Positions 50,438-64,000 of a stretch of DNA of 64,000 bases are shown here, in pieces. Location: assembly GCF_001194135.2 (NCBI RefSeq), contig NC_068987.1, forward strand, positions 19,026,188-19,090,187, in the 5' to 3' direction. The stretch comes from Octopus bimaculoides (taxonomy: Eukaryota). Numbering within the stretch: position 1 is the first letter of the stretch; each line of letters begins with the position of its first letter. The position numbers were made by a program, and so were the translations under genes. Below the pieces are notes generated by a model that worked only from the letters and a program-made list of their open reading frames with translations, searched no databases and was not told where the DNA came from.

Positions 50438-51271
50438 CAGGGTGTGGTGAATAAACTAGTGTCTAAATGATGCAAAAATGAAAATAACACTGACATCTCA
50501 TTTTAACAAATATATTTACATATTTACCAAAGTTACATAAAAATATCTTGAAACACTAAAGAGTAAATTTATTCAATAAAATAGCCATTGGCTTTAACCA
50601 CAGCCTCGAGACGACTTCGGAACCTCCTGTAACTCTTCTGGACGGTTTCCTTGTTTAAGTTGGTGAATGCTGCCATAATCCTTGCCTTCAGTTTGTCTTT
50701 CGTGTTACAAAGAGTTTTGTTGGTCTCTTGCTCAACTGCACCCCACACATAATGATCAAGAGGGTTGCAGTCTGGGGACTTAGGTGCCCAGATGTTAGGG
50801 GGTGATGTGGTTGCAGAAATTATCTGACAGCCATTACTGAGTTCTCCCGTGTGACATGGTGCAGAAACCTGTTGCCAGACATAGGGTCTTCCAGCAGCCA
50901 TCCTCTTGACCCAGGGTAGCACTACCTCCTCCAGGCACTTTATGTAGACTTCCGTGTTGTGTCTGAGGCCGTGTGGGAAAATGAATGGAGGCATAACGTC
51001 GCCATCACTAGTGATCACTCCCAACACCATGATTGATTTTTATCACTCTCGGTACATGTCCTCAGATTCACATCCAAACACTCTGAAATGTTTGTATTGG
51101 AGCTTCTGGCATAAATGCCAAGCAGTACAGCATGTTGTATTGTGTCATGGTGTAGTTTTCTCACAGATGGTGCCCAACTGACCCTACTATACTGTGTAGT
51201 TGACAAAATCAGAAACAAACAGTGCGCATGCACGAAATAAAAAATGGCGACAATTTATCCATCACACCCTG
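50438..51271 (-). mobile_element. Internally deleted Tc1/mariner-superfamily element (maT/DD37D-like)
   Basis: Imperfect TIRs CAGGGTGTGGTGAATAAA / TTTATCCATCACACCCTG, flanked by TA. ORF 50569-51030 has VMPPFIF, WQQVSAPCH (catalytic D to V) and SPDCNPLDHYVW. Confidence 0.9.
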
Positions 51272-51398
51272 TATATGTATGTATTTATCTGTGTGTGTAT
51301 GTGTCTGTATTTTGCCCCCCCCCCCCCGTCACTGCTTGACAACCAGTATTGATGTGTTTATATCCCCCATAACTCAGTGGTTTAGCAAAACAGACCAA

Positions 51399-51580
51399 TT
51401 TTTGGCTGATAATGATCAGAAATTCTATGAGCACAGAGTCATGAAGATGCCAGAAAGATGGCAAAAGGTCATCAAACAAAATGGAAAATATATAATTGAT
51501 TAAAGTTCGTTCTTTGTATGAAAATAAATGACTTTTATTTCTAACTAAAAAACCAAAATTACTTTCTTGCCAACCCAATA
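51399..51580 (+). mobile_element. Mariner 3' fragment with TIR
   Basis: KFYEHRVMKMPERWQKVIKQNGKYIID* followed by AATTACTTTCTTGCCAACCCAATA, a mariner-type TIR plus TA. Confidence 0.85.
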
Positions 51581-52670
51581 TATATATATATTTGTGTGTA
51601 TGTGTGACAGGCTTCTTTAAGTTTGTCTACCAAATCCTCAAGGNNNNNNNNNNNNNNNNNNNNNNNNNNNNNNNNNNNNNNNNNNNNNNNNNNNNNNNNN
51701 NNNNNNNNNNNNNNNNNNNNNNNNNNNNNNNNNNNNNNNNNNNNNNNNNNNNNNNNNNNNNNNNNNNNNNNNNNNNNNNNNNNNNNNNNNNNNNNNNNNN
51801 NNNNNNNNNNNNNNNNNNNNNNNNNNNNNNNNNNNNNNNNNNNNNNNNNNNNNNNNNNNNNNNNNNNNNNNNNNNNNNNNNNNNNNNNNNNNNNNNNNNN
51901 NNNNNNNNNNNNNNNNNNAAAACCTAAGAGAGAGAGAGAGAGAGAGAGAAATGACAAAGTTACCAATGTCACTAAAATGTTAATTAGAAAGAAATTTAAA
52001 AGGTTTCCAATTATTTATTAAATTCTGTAGTGAGATACTTTGGTAAAATTTATTAAATGTATTTATTGTTTTTCTTTTTTCTTTTTATTCGTTTTTTTTT
52101 TTACCCAAGAAATTGAGAAAAAAAAAATTGTATTAAGACACAACTGGAAATTTCAAACAATTGTTCATATTGCAACTAATTTTTTGAAATTTCAGGCAAT
52201 TGTTAAAATATTTGGCAATTTTTGGAGATGTTCATAATTTCATTGCTGCAATCAAAGTCTGTTTTGTTTCCTTTTAATACAAATTGAAGAAAACCATGTA
52301 AACCATCCAATGAAATTGTTGAATATTAATCACAATTACTCGAGTTATTGGCAAACCATAGAAATTGTTAAAACTGCAAGCAGCTTTTGGGATTCTGGCC
52401 AGTTGTTAGAATCACAGACAATGATATAACAAGGTGGGAAATTGAAGGCAATAATTAGAATTGCAACCAGTTATTGGAATTACAACTGCTACAAACAACT
52501 CATTATTGTAACCATTGTTAATTCAGGATGAAAATGTTAGACAAATTGCTTGTAAGTTACTGGAACTATAGCCAACCATAAGAATCGGTGATAATTACTG
52601 GAAATAGCCTGAACCTGTTCCAATTACTGTTATATTGCAATATTAACAATCTCTGATTATCTAAAAGAGT

Positions 52671-52701
<31 letters not shown>

Positions 52702-53179
52702 GTGCATTTCAAGGCAACTTTTCTTTAAAGCTTGAATATTGTGTAACAAAAGTTTAGCAAAATGCAGAAAGACTTGGTGTTACCCAGGGTAAAAACTGGG
52801 ATTTATATAACAACTGTATATGTATTTAAGAGCATTATATATGTATATAAATGTGTGCGTGCATGTGTGTATGTATGTAAATAATTATATATATATTAAT
52901 TCTTGATAGAATAGGTATCCAAATGTTTAAAAGTACAAATAGTTAACAGTAACTTAGAAACTCAATATGGGAACTATGTGAATTATAAAAAAAAAGTTAT
53001 TTTATTTACTAGTTAATCTCTTCATATTGTAAAAAATTCATAGATTAATAAAATATGTAAGTAAAGGGATTTATTTAGATAACCCTTGTACATATATATT
53101 TCCATAACAAATATTTAGTTTGTGTTCTTCAAATTGTAACAATGAATGATGTATAGTTTATTGATTATCCTTTCTAGGA

Positions 53180-53370
53180 AATTTAAGGGGAGGGGACTAG
53201 TTGATTTCATCGACCCCAGTGTTTCACTGGTACTTAATTTATCGACCCCAAAAGGATGAAAGGCTAAGTCAACCTTGATGAAATTTGAACCCAGAATGTA
53301 GTGGTGGGCGAAATACCACTAAGCATTTTGCCCAGTGGGCTAACAATTCTGCCAGCTTGCTGCCTTATAC
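53180..53370 (-). mobile_element. SINE family 3
   Basis: CTGGTACTTAATTTATCGACCCCAAAAGGATGAAAGGC core. Confidence 0.8.
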
Positions 53371-55553
53371 AGTTTATCGATAATGAGATTGAGAATGCAA
53401 TGTAGGGTCAAGATTTGTTGATGATCTTCTTTGACCACATACCACCTTTACACTGAGAATGGTAACATAACATTCTTCTATTAATAATTTTTTATTGATT
53501 ATATTGAACCTTATTACCTCTNNNNNNNNNNNNNNNNNNNNNNNNNNNNNNNNNNNNNNNNNNNNNNNNNNNNNNNNNNNNNNNNNNNNNNNNNNNNNNN
53601 NNNNNNNNNNNNNNNNNNNNNNNNNNNNNNNNNNNNNNNNNNNNNNNNNNNNNNNNNNNNNNNNNNNNNNNNNNNNNNNNNNNNNNNNNNNNNNNNNNNN
53701 NNNNNNNNNNNNNNNNNNNNNNNNNNNNNNNNNNNNNNNNNNNNNNNNNNNNNNNNNNNNNNNNNNNNNNNNNNNNNNNNNNNNNNNNNNNNNNNNNNNN
53801 NNNNNNNNNNNNNNNNNNNNNNNNNNNNNNNNNNNNNNNNNNNNNNNNNNNNNNNNNNNNNNNNNNNNNNNNNNNNNNNNNNNNNNNNNNNNNNNNNNNN
53901 NNNNNNNNNNNNNNNNNNNNNNNNNNNNNNNNNNNNNNNNNNNNNNNNNNNNNNNNNNNNNNNNNNNNNNNNNNNNNNNNNNNNNNNNNNNNNNNNNNNN
54001 NNNNNNNNNNNNNNNNNNNNNNNNNNNNNNNNNNNNNNNNNNNNNNNNNNNNNNNNNNNNNNGTATCTATGTGTGTAACAATTTTAGAGTTCGGATTCTA
54101 GAGTTAGGGTTAGGGTTAGGGGATTAATACGATATACACCGTTACAGCGCTAACTGTTTTCAACTGAATAGACGTCAGTGATTAGTAGAAATTATCGAAA
54201 TAAGACAATTTTTTACATGAAATAAATTCGAATACAAAAATTTTTTTCTGTTCTATAACACAAAATAGATAAGTATACGAAGTTTGAAAGTCTTTCGGTA
54301 CCAAAAACACTACATAAAACATAAATGAAAACTGGTGCCCCCGTTTTGAAATAGATCCGATGCTTCTACTGAGGCACATTAGAGCCTCATAACCTAACTA
54401 GCTATAATGTAGTTCTAGATATATATCACCATTATTACTATTTACTTATTTACAAATAATTCCGTGGTAAAACAATTATGGAAAATAATTCACAAATTAT
54501 TAGGAAATGTGGAAATGATACCAGTCAACTATTATTTCTTCACTGACATAGAAACCTGAAGACTTAATGTTTGTCAAAACAGCAGTGCTAATTATAAATT
54601 TCATACATTGGTACAAGAAGTTCAGTGAGGTATATTATCGATTTAATTACATTACTGGAGCATGCTTTGTTTTATAAACATCAAAAGAATAAAAACAGTG
54701 CAGAACTACTTTGAAGCGATGTAACTAAGTACTGCACTTGACTGTGTCTGTCTGTAAACGTCACTGCTCAGAATTATAAACATTTACCATTGAACTTGCT
54801 CGTAAACATTGATGAAAGAATTAATTTTAAAAAAAACAAAAAAAAACAACTCCATTTCCAACATCTATTTAGATTTTAATCGATGAGGAAATGGCAGGTA
54901 TTTATTTATTATTTTGAGATATTTTTCATCTATCATCATCGTTTAACGTCTGCTTTCCATGCTAGCATGGGTTGGACGATTTGACTGAGGATTGGTGAAA
55001 CCGGATGGCAACACCAGGCCCCAATCTGATTTGGCAGAGTTTCTACAGCTGGATGCCCTTCCTAACGTCTATTATGGAAATCTATGTACAAGGGTCATCT
55101 AAATAAATCCCTTTATTGATATAATACTATATATATATTTTTNNNNNNNNNNNNNNNNNNNNNNNNNNNNNNNNNNNNNNNNNNNNNNNNNNNNNNNNNN
55201 NNNNNNNNNNNNNNNNNNNNNNNNNNNNNNNNNNNNNNNNNNNNNNNNNNNNNNNNNNNNNNNNNNNNNNNNNNNNNNNNNNNNNNNNNNNNNNNNNNNN
55301 NNNNNNNNNNNNNNNNNNNNNNNNNNNNNNNNNNNNNNNNNNNNNNNNNNNNNNNNNNNNNNNNNNNNNNNNNNNNNNNNNNNNNNNNNNNNNNNNNNNN
55401 NNNNNNNNNNNNNNNNNNNNNNNNNNNNNNNNNNNNNNNNNNNNNNNNNNNNNNNNNNNNNNNNNNNNNNNNNNNNNNNNNNNNNNNNNNNNNNNNNNNN
55501 NNNNNNNNNNNNNNNNNNNNNNNNNNNNNNNNNNNNNNNNNNNNNNNNNNNNN

Positions 55554-55596
<43 letters not shown>

Positions 55597-55618
55597 TTGT
55601 ATCTAGGGAGAGTCATCA

Positions 55619-55657
<39 letters not shown>

Positions 55658-56869
55658 CTTTTGTCTATGTTGGGGTTTAAAAACACAAAGGTAATCAGTA
55701 CAATTTTTATGTTAGAAGTGCTTAGACCAGTGGCTTTCAAATGGCGCAACCCATGGCACACCACGAGGAGTATCTAAGTGTGCTGTGGATTTGAAAAATA
55801 AAATTTAAGGCTTTAGAAAATCCATATGAATGCTTGAGTGTCTTGAAAAATCATGCTATTCGTAATTTTGTTATACACAAGCATGATTAATTAAAAAGAA
55901 ATTAAGCAAAAGGTTTTTATATTATTTTTTCTAGATAATTAACTTTAAAGCAGTTTTTGTTTTTAAGCTTTTCATGCAAAGTAAATAAGTTATTTTTTTC
56001 TTCTATCTTTAGATGAACAGAGAACCATTGGGGTTAAAGCTTTATATAATGTTATTTTATGTGAAACATATGGAGATGTTGATGTTAATCAATTGACCTA
56101 ACAGATTGACAAACCAAAAGTCCAGAAGTAAGGAACATGTAAATTAACATATATATATAAATTAAGACAGATATCACATAAATTAACATATATATGTGTG
56201 TGTGTATATACACACAAGAGTTTGTATTTGCGTGCATATATGTGTGTGTGGGTTTATAGATATGTTGTATATGGCATCTATTTATATATAAAAAAAAGTT
56301 CATGTTCACCATATTGTTTCAATACCAACAATGTGACACACACACACCCACACAAACGTGATCATATAACAGGAGGTAAAGGAAAAGTACCAGAATTTTG
56401 TATAGAAACATGTTCTGTTTTGGAGCTCAATGAACAAAAGTTCCAGGCATTCAATCTGGATTCTTCAAATATTTATAAATAGGGCTTTATGTCTCTAAAT
56501 CCAAGCAGCAACAATAGTAGTAATGACAGTGTGAAGCATTTTACAATACAGTGTTACGAACAGAAGGAAAAATGTGAATCATGTAGGCAATTAGAAAAAA
56601 AACTCTAATTAAAGTTTAAATGAAACATAATTAGTATTTGTTCTGTTAGGCTGAAGGTCAAGACTATTTTTTTCCAGTTGTGCCATTGTGAAAATGCTTG
56701 GATGCAAAAAGAGTGTATCCTTATGTGGCTATCAGATGCAATTTATCTGTTGTAACCAATATCTTATCATTGGGTATTACAGTGATTGTCAGTTTACTAG
56801 ATATGGTGTATATTATTTTCAGAAATAGAGTGTGTTAAAAGCAGAAATATTAGTGTCATATGAAATATA

Positions 56870-57100
56870 TCAACCTTTTAGCATTAAAACTGACCACGTC
56901 TGGCCCAAATTATTCTACCTGTTTATTTTGAAACCAAGTAGATCTGGCCTTTCACATTTAGCCTATAATGTCATTCTAAAAGTAAACCACCATATTATTG
57001 AAATCTCAGAGCTATGAGGTAATGCATGATTAATTCAAGACAATGTGAGTAATGAATAAGCATTACACTCAAGTGAGTAATCTGAATGCTAAAGGATTAA
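56870..57100. mobile_element. TTAA-type (piggyBac-like) MITE, second copy
   Basis: AACCTTTTAGCATT...GAATGCTAAAGGATTAA; internal similarity to 18551-18765. Confidence 0.65.
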
Positions 57101-58999
57101 GCTAGTCATAAAAAAAAAAGCATCAAAGTTAATTGTTTCTTAAACTGTATTTATATAGTTGAAGTGGAGGTGAAGAGAAAATGGTTGTTGCAAGTAAACT
57201 CAATGATAATGAAGTTGCAGTTCATGGCTTTTTTTTTGCTTTTTTTGGTGGTGGGGGTCTCACGTTTTACTCACTAACAAATTGAAAGATCATATGAACA
57301 CTGTAGAGTGGTGGTAAGTTCTTAGCAAGCTGACAAATATTTAGTTCTTGCTTGGAGTCATTCTGCTTCATTTATACTACTTGAGTGTTTGACTAGATTA
57401 GCCAATAACTTGGGAAAAAAACAAGTTCCATACCTTGGCACTGGGACTTTATTTTGGGTCATCTAATTTAACATAATCATTTGCCTCCATAAAGAAGCAG
57501 CCTACAACATAAGACATGTTATGCATTCAACACTAGCAGATTTTCTTTTAGTAGTGGCTCCCATATATGACAAGGTCAGCAGCTTTATTAGAAGTGAATG
57601 ATAACAGATAGATAATTATCATTAACTTGTGAAATGCTTAGCTTTTGTAAATTCTATTATGTTCTTGAAAGCATATAATATCAATCTTCTGAGCACTTGC
57701 TTTTCCTGCCAAAATCAATACTTTGGGTTCAAAGAATAAAACAAGGAAATGTGTGAAAGTGGTAACTAACCATGTGATAATATTGCAACGGCTGTTTCGG
57801 ATAGTTTAAAAAATGCTATACTTGAGGTATTAGATATAGTGTTATTACAATTAACAATTAAAAATGACAAGTCTAACAAAAATGATAATACATTGGGTAT
57901 TGAAACTGAGCACGTTGAACATTAAAATAAGGTTATTGTCAACATAATTTAATAAATAAAATACTGTATGTTTAGACAACAGTGTATTGTAATTAAATTG
58001 CCCAGAGCAGAAAATTCAAAAAAAAAAAAACAGGATAAAAAATTTTTTTTACCCAAAATAGCAAAACATCTTAAACTTTAAGTTTAAAAATTAACAAAAA
58101 AAAGAAAAAGTTATTTCCACATCGACAGAATATGGAGAAACAATAAACAATATTGAATATCTGCTTGGCTTGATTTCATGTGGTAGTGGTAAAAAGCCCT
58201 ACTCCACTTCTGAAACATACCCCTTTTTCTTGGTACTTCTATAAAAAACAAATGGAGGGGGATAACTCAGTCCAGCTCTATATACTAAAAAGTAAAATTT
58301 TTATTTCAAAACGTGTAAAGCCTTAATTTACAGAGAATTTATAAGGAATTATAAAATTACTAACTGGTAATTTATTTATGATTTGATAAACAATTCATAC
58401 TTGTGATAAATACATTGAGTAAATCCTTATTCGGTGTGTGATAAGGTCATGTGTTACACATAAAGTTAAACCCAAAATATACCAGTGTCGTAAAAACCAT
58501 CAGGAGTGATTGACACTGAATACACGAATGATAACTATTTATTGTTATTTATATATTTCCTATCACAAAAAGTTTCTAATGGGCCAATCACAGGTTCACC
58601 ACATTTCTAAAAGTGAGAGTGACAAGGGAGTATCTACAGCTCAAGGTAGAACAAATATCATAAGGGGCTTGGTTTGAAAAGCACTTTAATTGTTCCCTCA
58701 CCAAGGTTTACACATTATGAATGTGTTTGAATATTTCACTGATATGCACCAGCAAAACACACACACACACACATGATAAACTTCCACAGTTTCTCTCTAT
58801 CAAATTTCACTCACAAGATGTTAGTCAACCCAAGGTTATAGTAGAAAATGTACCACTGATGTATCATTTGGTGCAATGAAACCAGGAATCATGTGGTTGT
58901 AAAGTGAACTTTTTAAGTACACACTCAAGCTTGCATTCATAATGGACTAGATGTTTGAAATACAAGTGTTACATCAAATATATAGTAATACTAGTTCCA

Positions 59000-59205
59000 A
59001 ATTTTGGCACAAAGCCAGGAATTTCAAGGGAGGGGGGTAAGTCAATTACATCAACCCCAGTGCTCAACTGGTACTTATTTATCAACCCTGAAAGGATGAA
59101 AGGCAAAGTTGACCTTGGTGGCATTTGAACTCAGAACCTAAACAGACAAAATGCTGCTAAGTATTTTGCCTGGCATGCTATTGGTTCTGTCAGCTTGCTA
59201 CCTTA
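59000..59205 (-). mobile_element. SINE family 3
   Basis: CTGGTACTTATTTATCAACCCTGAAAGGATGAAAGGC core. Confidence 0.8.
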
Positions 59206-62200
59206 AAATATATAGTAATATTATTTTAAAATACCAACAAACACTCTAGTTTTTAAGATAACTAAAGAAGGCAATAAATATTACTATACATTCTTGCTAG
59301 CTGATGGTAATATTAACACAAGTTAACAAGGGAGTTTCTGTGGGAACTCCACCTACTGCAAGTAGCAGCCAAATTTACCTTAAATTACAACCTGCTATTT
59401 TTAAAAAAAGGAGAAGGGTACACATTGGATCATGTCGCTTTAAATTCATCAAAGGCAAAAATCATTCCAATTGGAACACCTTTGATCATAGGGCTCAGCT
59501 GGGGCTCACCTGATGCTAAATAACAAAAAAACAGCAGTAATCAGGTCAGTTGCTTTTAAGTGCTTTAGTCAGTTATGGAAGAAAATATACCTACATCATA
59601 TTATCATCATTTTTATGTGTTTCTTCCACACTGGCATTGGTTTGACAAGAATTTGAGGCCGTATTCTACAGCCTGATGCCTTTTCTGTCAACAAGTATGA
59701 CTTGTTTTATATATATGTATACACACACATTACATATAATGGTTAGTTTTTAAAAAGAATTAGTATCTGAAAAATATTATAGTCCTACAGCTAAATTTTG
59801 GTAATGCAATTCCATCACTACTGCTAGTTCAGAAATAAAGGTCCCTACATTGAATCTAACGAGGTACTATGCACATATCCAAGAATAAGGACACCTGCTG
59901 AGGATCAAAGATCATACCAAGAGTAAAATAGTAATCTTAGACATTTACACATTTAATCAGCATTATTCAACTAGAACTATGAAAACGACTAGTTTAGGTA
60001 AAATACCATCTAACCAGCACCTTGTCCCATTCAGAACTACATATTGCACTTGCCTCTTTTTACATGTTCTTATATATTGTTTCACTTGCCAAGCTCTTGT
60101 ATGTAGTCGTCATCTCCAAAGTCTCAATATTTGAATGAACCACTAGCATCCAACTCTTTAGATTCTGCATTAACCAAATCAATATCACATCTCCATCTGA
60201 TGTCAGTGAACCCTCAAGAAATTGAAGCAATATCACTATTCTTCAAAGACAAAGGTCAAAGAGAAAGAAAACTAAAATCTGCTATGAGTGAGTAAATTAC
60301 TATTATTGTATCTAAAACTATTCTATGTATCTACACCATTACTGCTGAGTAATAAAAGAAACATTTCAATAAGTATTCTTTACAAACTACTTGATGAAGA
60401 AAAATGGAAACCATTGATAAAATGACTATAACTAGTTTATTGATAATGATATCATCATTATCATCATCAGTTTTATATCTATTTTTCCATGTTAGAATGA
60501 GTTGGTTAAGTTTACATTACATTTTTTTAATGCACCTCTATGAGCACGCCTTCTGTGAACAGTACCAATAATAAACATTTGTCAGTTAACAAAATGGGGA
60601 AAGTAACAAGAAAATGAATACCATATAATATCAGATAAAAATGAAGAGAAATGTTGAAATTTTGTACAACTTTGCAGTCAAATTTAATTAAAGATAAATA
60701 TTTTAAAATATTTGCAAACTTGTGAAACTTACCCCTAAGACATTAGTTTGAATCAAATCATATCTGAACAAAATAAAAAACACAAACAGCACTTTGATAA
60801 TATAAGTGTTATAGTTAACCTGTTGTAATAGGACTGTGTTAAAATCTGCTAACAGTGATTATAACCTGTAGGAAATAACAATACTGACTGCTGTACTAAA
60901 TAACCAGTAGTAATTAAAGCAATTAACAATTCGTTTAGAATGTGATGACAACTCGAGTGGTAACTAAAGCTTAATCCATATAAAAAAATATAAAAAGAAA
61001 AAAAAAAAAGAAAATCAATAGTTTCCTTAATACATATACACACAATTTGCAACTTTAGTTAGTAGTGAAACTTCCCTGAAATTGAATGAAAGTGTTGAAT
61101 AAAAATACCTATATTTTTTCAGTAATAATTGAAAAAATATAGGTATTCTTATTTTGGGCAAGTTTAAAACCTCCACCTGGTCTTTCAGTGCCTCTATTAG
61201 AGCTAAGTCTGTTGCAAGCATTAAGACTAGGTCTCCAACCTGAGGATGGCTTTTTTCCTTCTTGCACTCATTTTGTAGGCTCTGAAAAGAGTAGTAGGTA
61301 CTGTCCTTCTGCCTATGACTAAGTTATAAGACAAAAGTTACTTGGTAGTTTTTGTATTTGATTTGCAAGATTCTTTATGTGAATTCGTGTGTTGAAACAA
61401 ATTTGGTTGTATCTAGAGAGAGTCATTCGGCCAATATTAATAACACATGCACTAGTTCAATTCCACTCCTTTATTACTAACCAAAGCTAAAAAAACAAAC
61501 AAACAGAAAACAAAACAAATCACTGACTGTTTAACCAACAAGTTAAACAAATGATTGATTAATTAGTTGGATAGATATTGAACCAATTGACTAATAATAA
61601 AGAAGCAGAATTGAACCAGTGTGTGTATGTGATTAATATTGGTATAATGATTCTCCCTAGACACAGCAAAAATTACTTACATATATCTTTCAAACTGTGA
61701 AATAACATTGATTTATGTCCCTATTTCTTCAGTGATCCTTCAAATACTTCTTTGAAATTCAGTAAATATTAAAACAGCTACCACTTAATAAGGTTTGAAG
61801 TGAATTCTGTAGGGCAGAAAATATAGTTGACTGAGTTAATTTCTTTAAAGGGTGTCTCTCAATAATAGAAATGGAGAAACCTTCTCTTGCTAATGGCATT
61901 ACCAATGTTTGTGAAAAAGGTCCTGATTTGTGATCACATCCAGATTATGTATTTGGTCTGTCAAGAACTTGCCTATTAAGACAAACATCAAAATTGATCC
62001 CTATGAGATTTTACATAGAAACAGTGGGACACAGTAGCAGGTAGAGTAATGTATCAAACCTCGCTTCCAGCAGTCTTTATCAAATCCTTCAACCTTGAAA
62101 TGATAATTTTAAATAAAAATACATAAAATGCAAACAAAATATATATATATAATGTATACATATTTTTACATAAAGTAATATATATATAGCATGGCCCACA

Positions 62201-64000
62201 GCTCATGAGCTGAAACTAGATAAAATGAAAAATTTACTTAATTAACAAAATGTACATATAAACATTTTACAAGCAAAACTAAAGCAAAACACAGAAACCA
62301 TTGATGTACAATAAACGAGGGAGCTTTATAAATTAAGAGGAAGCCGATTAAGTCTGTAAGTGATAAACACTCAAAGGACACTAGGTTAAACCATTTTGGG
62401 CAAACAGATCTTCACATTAAACAGAGTTCTTTTTCAGGTTTATGACAACCACCCTTATAATTAGCTGGATACAATTATTATATTACTAGTACTTATTATA
62501 TCAACCCCAGTTGATTTGAACCTCCATAGCATTTGGGAATAGACCAGTGCAATATGTAACTAAATGGGTTAAACCAAACTTTTAGAGGAAGGGGAGTGAT
62601 GTGTTGTAATATTTATCATTCCCAAAGATATTATGAGTTGCAACTGTGTATCAGAACCATTTCAGATTAATTAGGTAAGAATTCACATGTATACCCATAG
62701 TTATCTATACACACATTCACACAATTGTTTTTGCCTGTTTTTCCTGTATCTATACACACGTTCACACAATTGTTTTTTCCTGTTTTATATTTGTTTATCG
62801 AATTAGTTCATAGATACGTATTCATACACAAATACATTTATAATTACATGTGTAACCTACACTAAGTCACTGACAACTCAGGTATAAAAAAAAAAAAAAA
62901 AAATCATGAAGTTTTGTATACTGATCAACATAAAGTTTTAGATCAGTAAGTATGTACACAAACTCCAACAAGGATGGCTTAAAATGGTTACAACCTATCA
63001 CTGAGTTGCAGGCCAAAAAAACTGATAAAGTAAACTAAGGTTTAAAATCAAAAGCAAATGTGATTCAGTCAAACGTTACATCTAGCATGAGACCAGCAAA
63101 AGAGATTTAATCACAAGAGAAGATGAATTCGACACCTCATAACAAATCTCCTCAGGGAAAAGAGGTCACTGAGCTTTGTTTTGAATCACTGACCTAAGCC
63201 TTTTATACCGACATGATATCAAGATATGTAAGTTTGATCACAAAACAGAATGCAGCCAACTTTTCATAGCAAGCTTTCTGATTTGTGTGGTCTGCCTTAA
63301 GTCACTGGATTTTAACTTCTGAACCAGTGACTTAAGGTCTAAAACCAAATAGGTCTCATGCATTGATGTAACTGAGACTGACAAAACAGGAGAAAGAGTA
63401 GAATGAGATTACCAATTTTTTTTTTTTTTTAATGATAGGAAAATCTCTGTCCAGTCAATGTTACCAACATCACTAACCTTGAACTTAAGTTTGACCACCA
63501 TAAACCAATAGTAGAAAACTTTTATACAAAGTGAAAAAAATATATTAGGAAGAATTCTTCTGTATGTTGTATTTTGTTTCATTTCTTTTTACGCCCATTT
63601 TTCCATACCATTTATTATACAGGTATTTTACTGAGGTATTGTTTTATAGCCTGATGCTCTTCCTGTCACTAACCCTTGTTTTTCAAAACATGTATTTTAT
63701 TTTAATTGCATGATATCAGGGATAAACCAATGATTTCAGCATGAAATCTTTGACTTTATAAAAGACTACCATTATTTTGCTTATTCTATATTTCTTTCAT
63801 GGTTTACATAAACCATTTACAACAAATCAAAAGTCATCATTGCTATCATAATCATCCACATTCTTATTACTATCAATATTAAAGTGGTGAAATGGTGATA
63901 TGAAATGTTAGATCAATTGCCTTTCGGTATCTGGTTCTGTCCATCTACATTACGAGTTCAAATCCTGCCGGAATCAACAAAAACAAATACCAATCATATG

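Noticed and set aside
52130-52650. Degenerate AATTG/TTGGCAA-rich quasi-periodic tract
   Set aside because: No consistent unit length or open frame could be established by eye.
60040-61290. Two possible minus-strand coding exons (SLQNECKKEKSHPQVGDLVLML... near 61170-61290; IVILLQFLEGSLTSDG... near 60090-60260)
   Set aside because: Acceptors are plausible but donors are weak, the phases do not join, and no domain was recognised. Needs RNA-seq.

Overview
AT-rich animal genomic DNA with seven N gaps. It is most likely octopus or another coleoid cephalopod; this is inferred from the tandem C2H2 genes whose whole coding sequence sits in one exon and from the SINE families, not proven. The core is a cluster of effector-less C2H2 zinc-finger genes in two subfamilies. 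Subfamily 1: ZNF-A 7143-9031 (+, gapped), ZNF-B 13495-15186 (+) and pseudogene ZNF-C ~23400-24676 (-). Subfamily 2: ZNF-D 31702-32223 (-, truncated) and ZNF-E 43778-44632 (-). Two further decayed finger remnants are present. A U2 snRNA with three deviations in its 3' half lies at 2172-2361. The best candidate for something undescribed is an uninterrupted 350-codon Merlin/IS1595(ISXO2)-type transposase ORF (26216-27268, -). Its first catalytic Asp is Gly, it has a splice-acceptor-like 5' end, no terminal inverted repeats (TIRs) were seen, and it lies directly upstream of ZNF-C in the same orientation. That pattern fits a domesticated transposase that may have taken over a ZNF transcription unit. 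Also notable: several unrelated foldback elements carrying TTAGGG repeats, an adjacent inverted SINE pair, mosaic identity between ZNF paralogs, and arrays shortened by premature stops. The rest is decayed LINE, LTR and DNA-transposon sequence plus SINEs. All calls were made by eye; most repeat boundaries are approximate.
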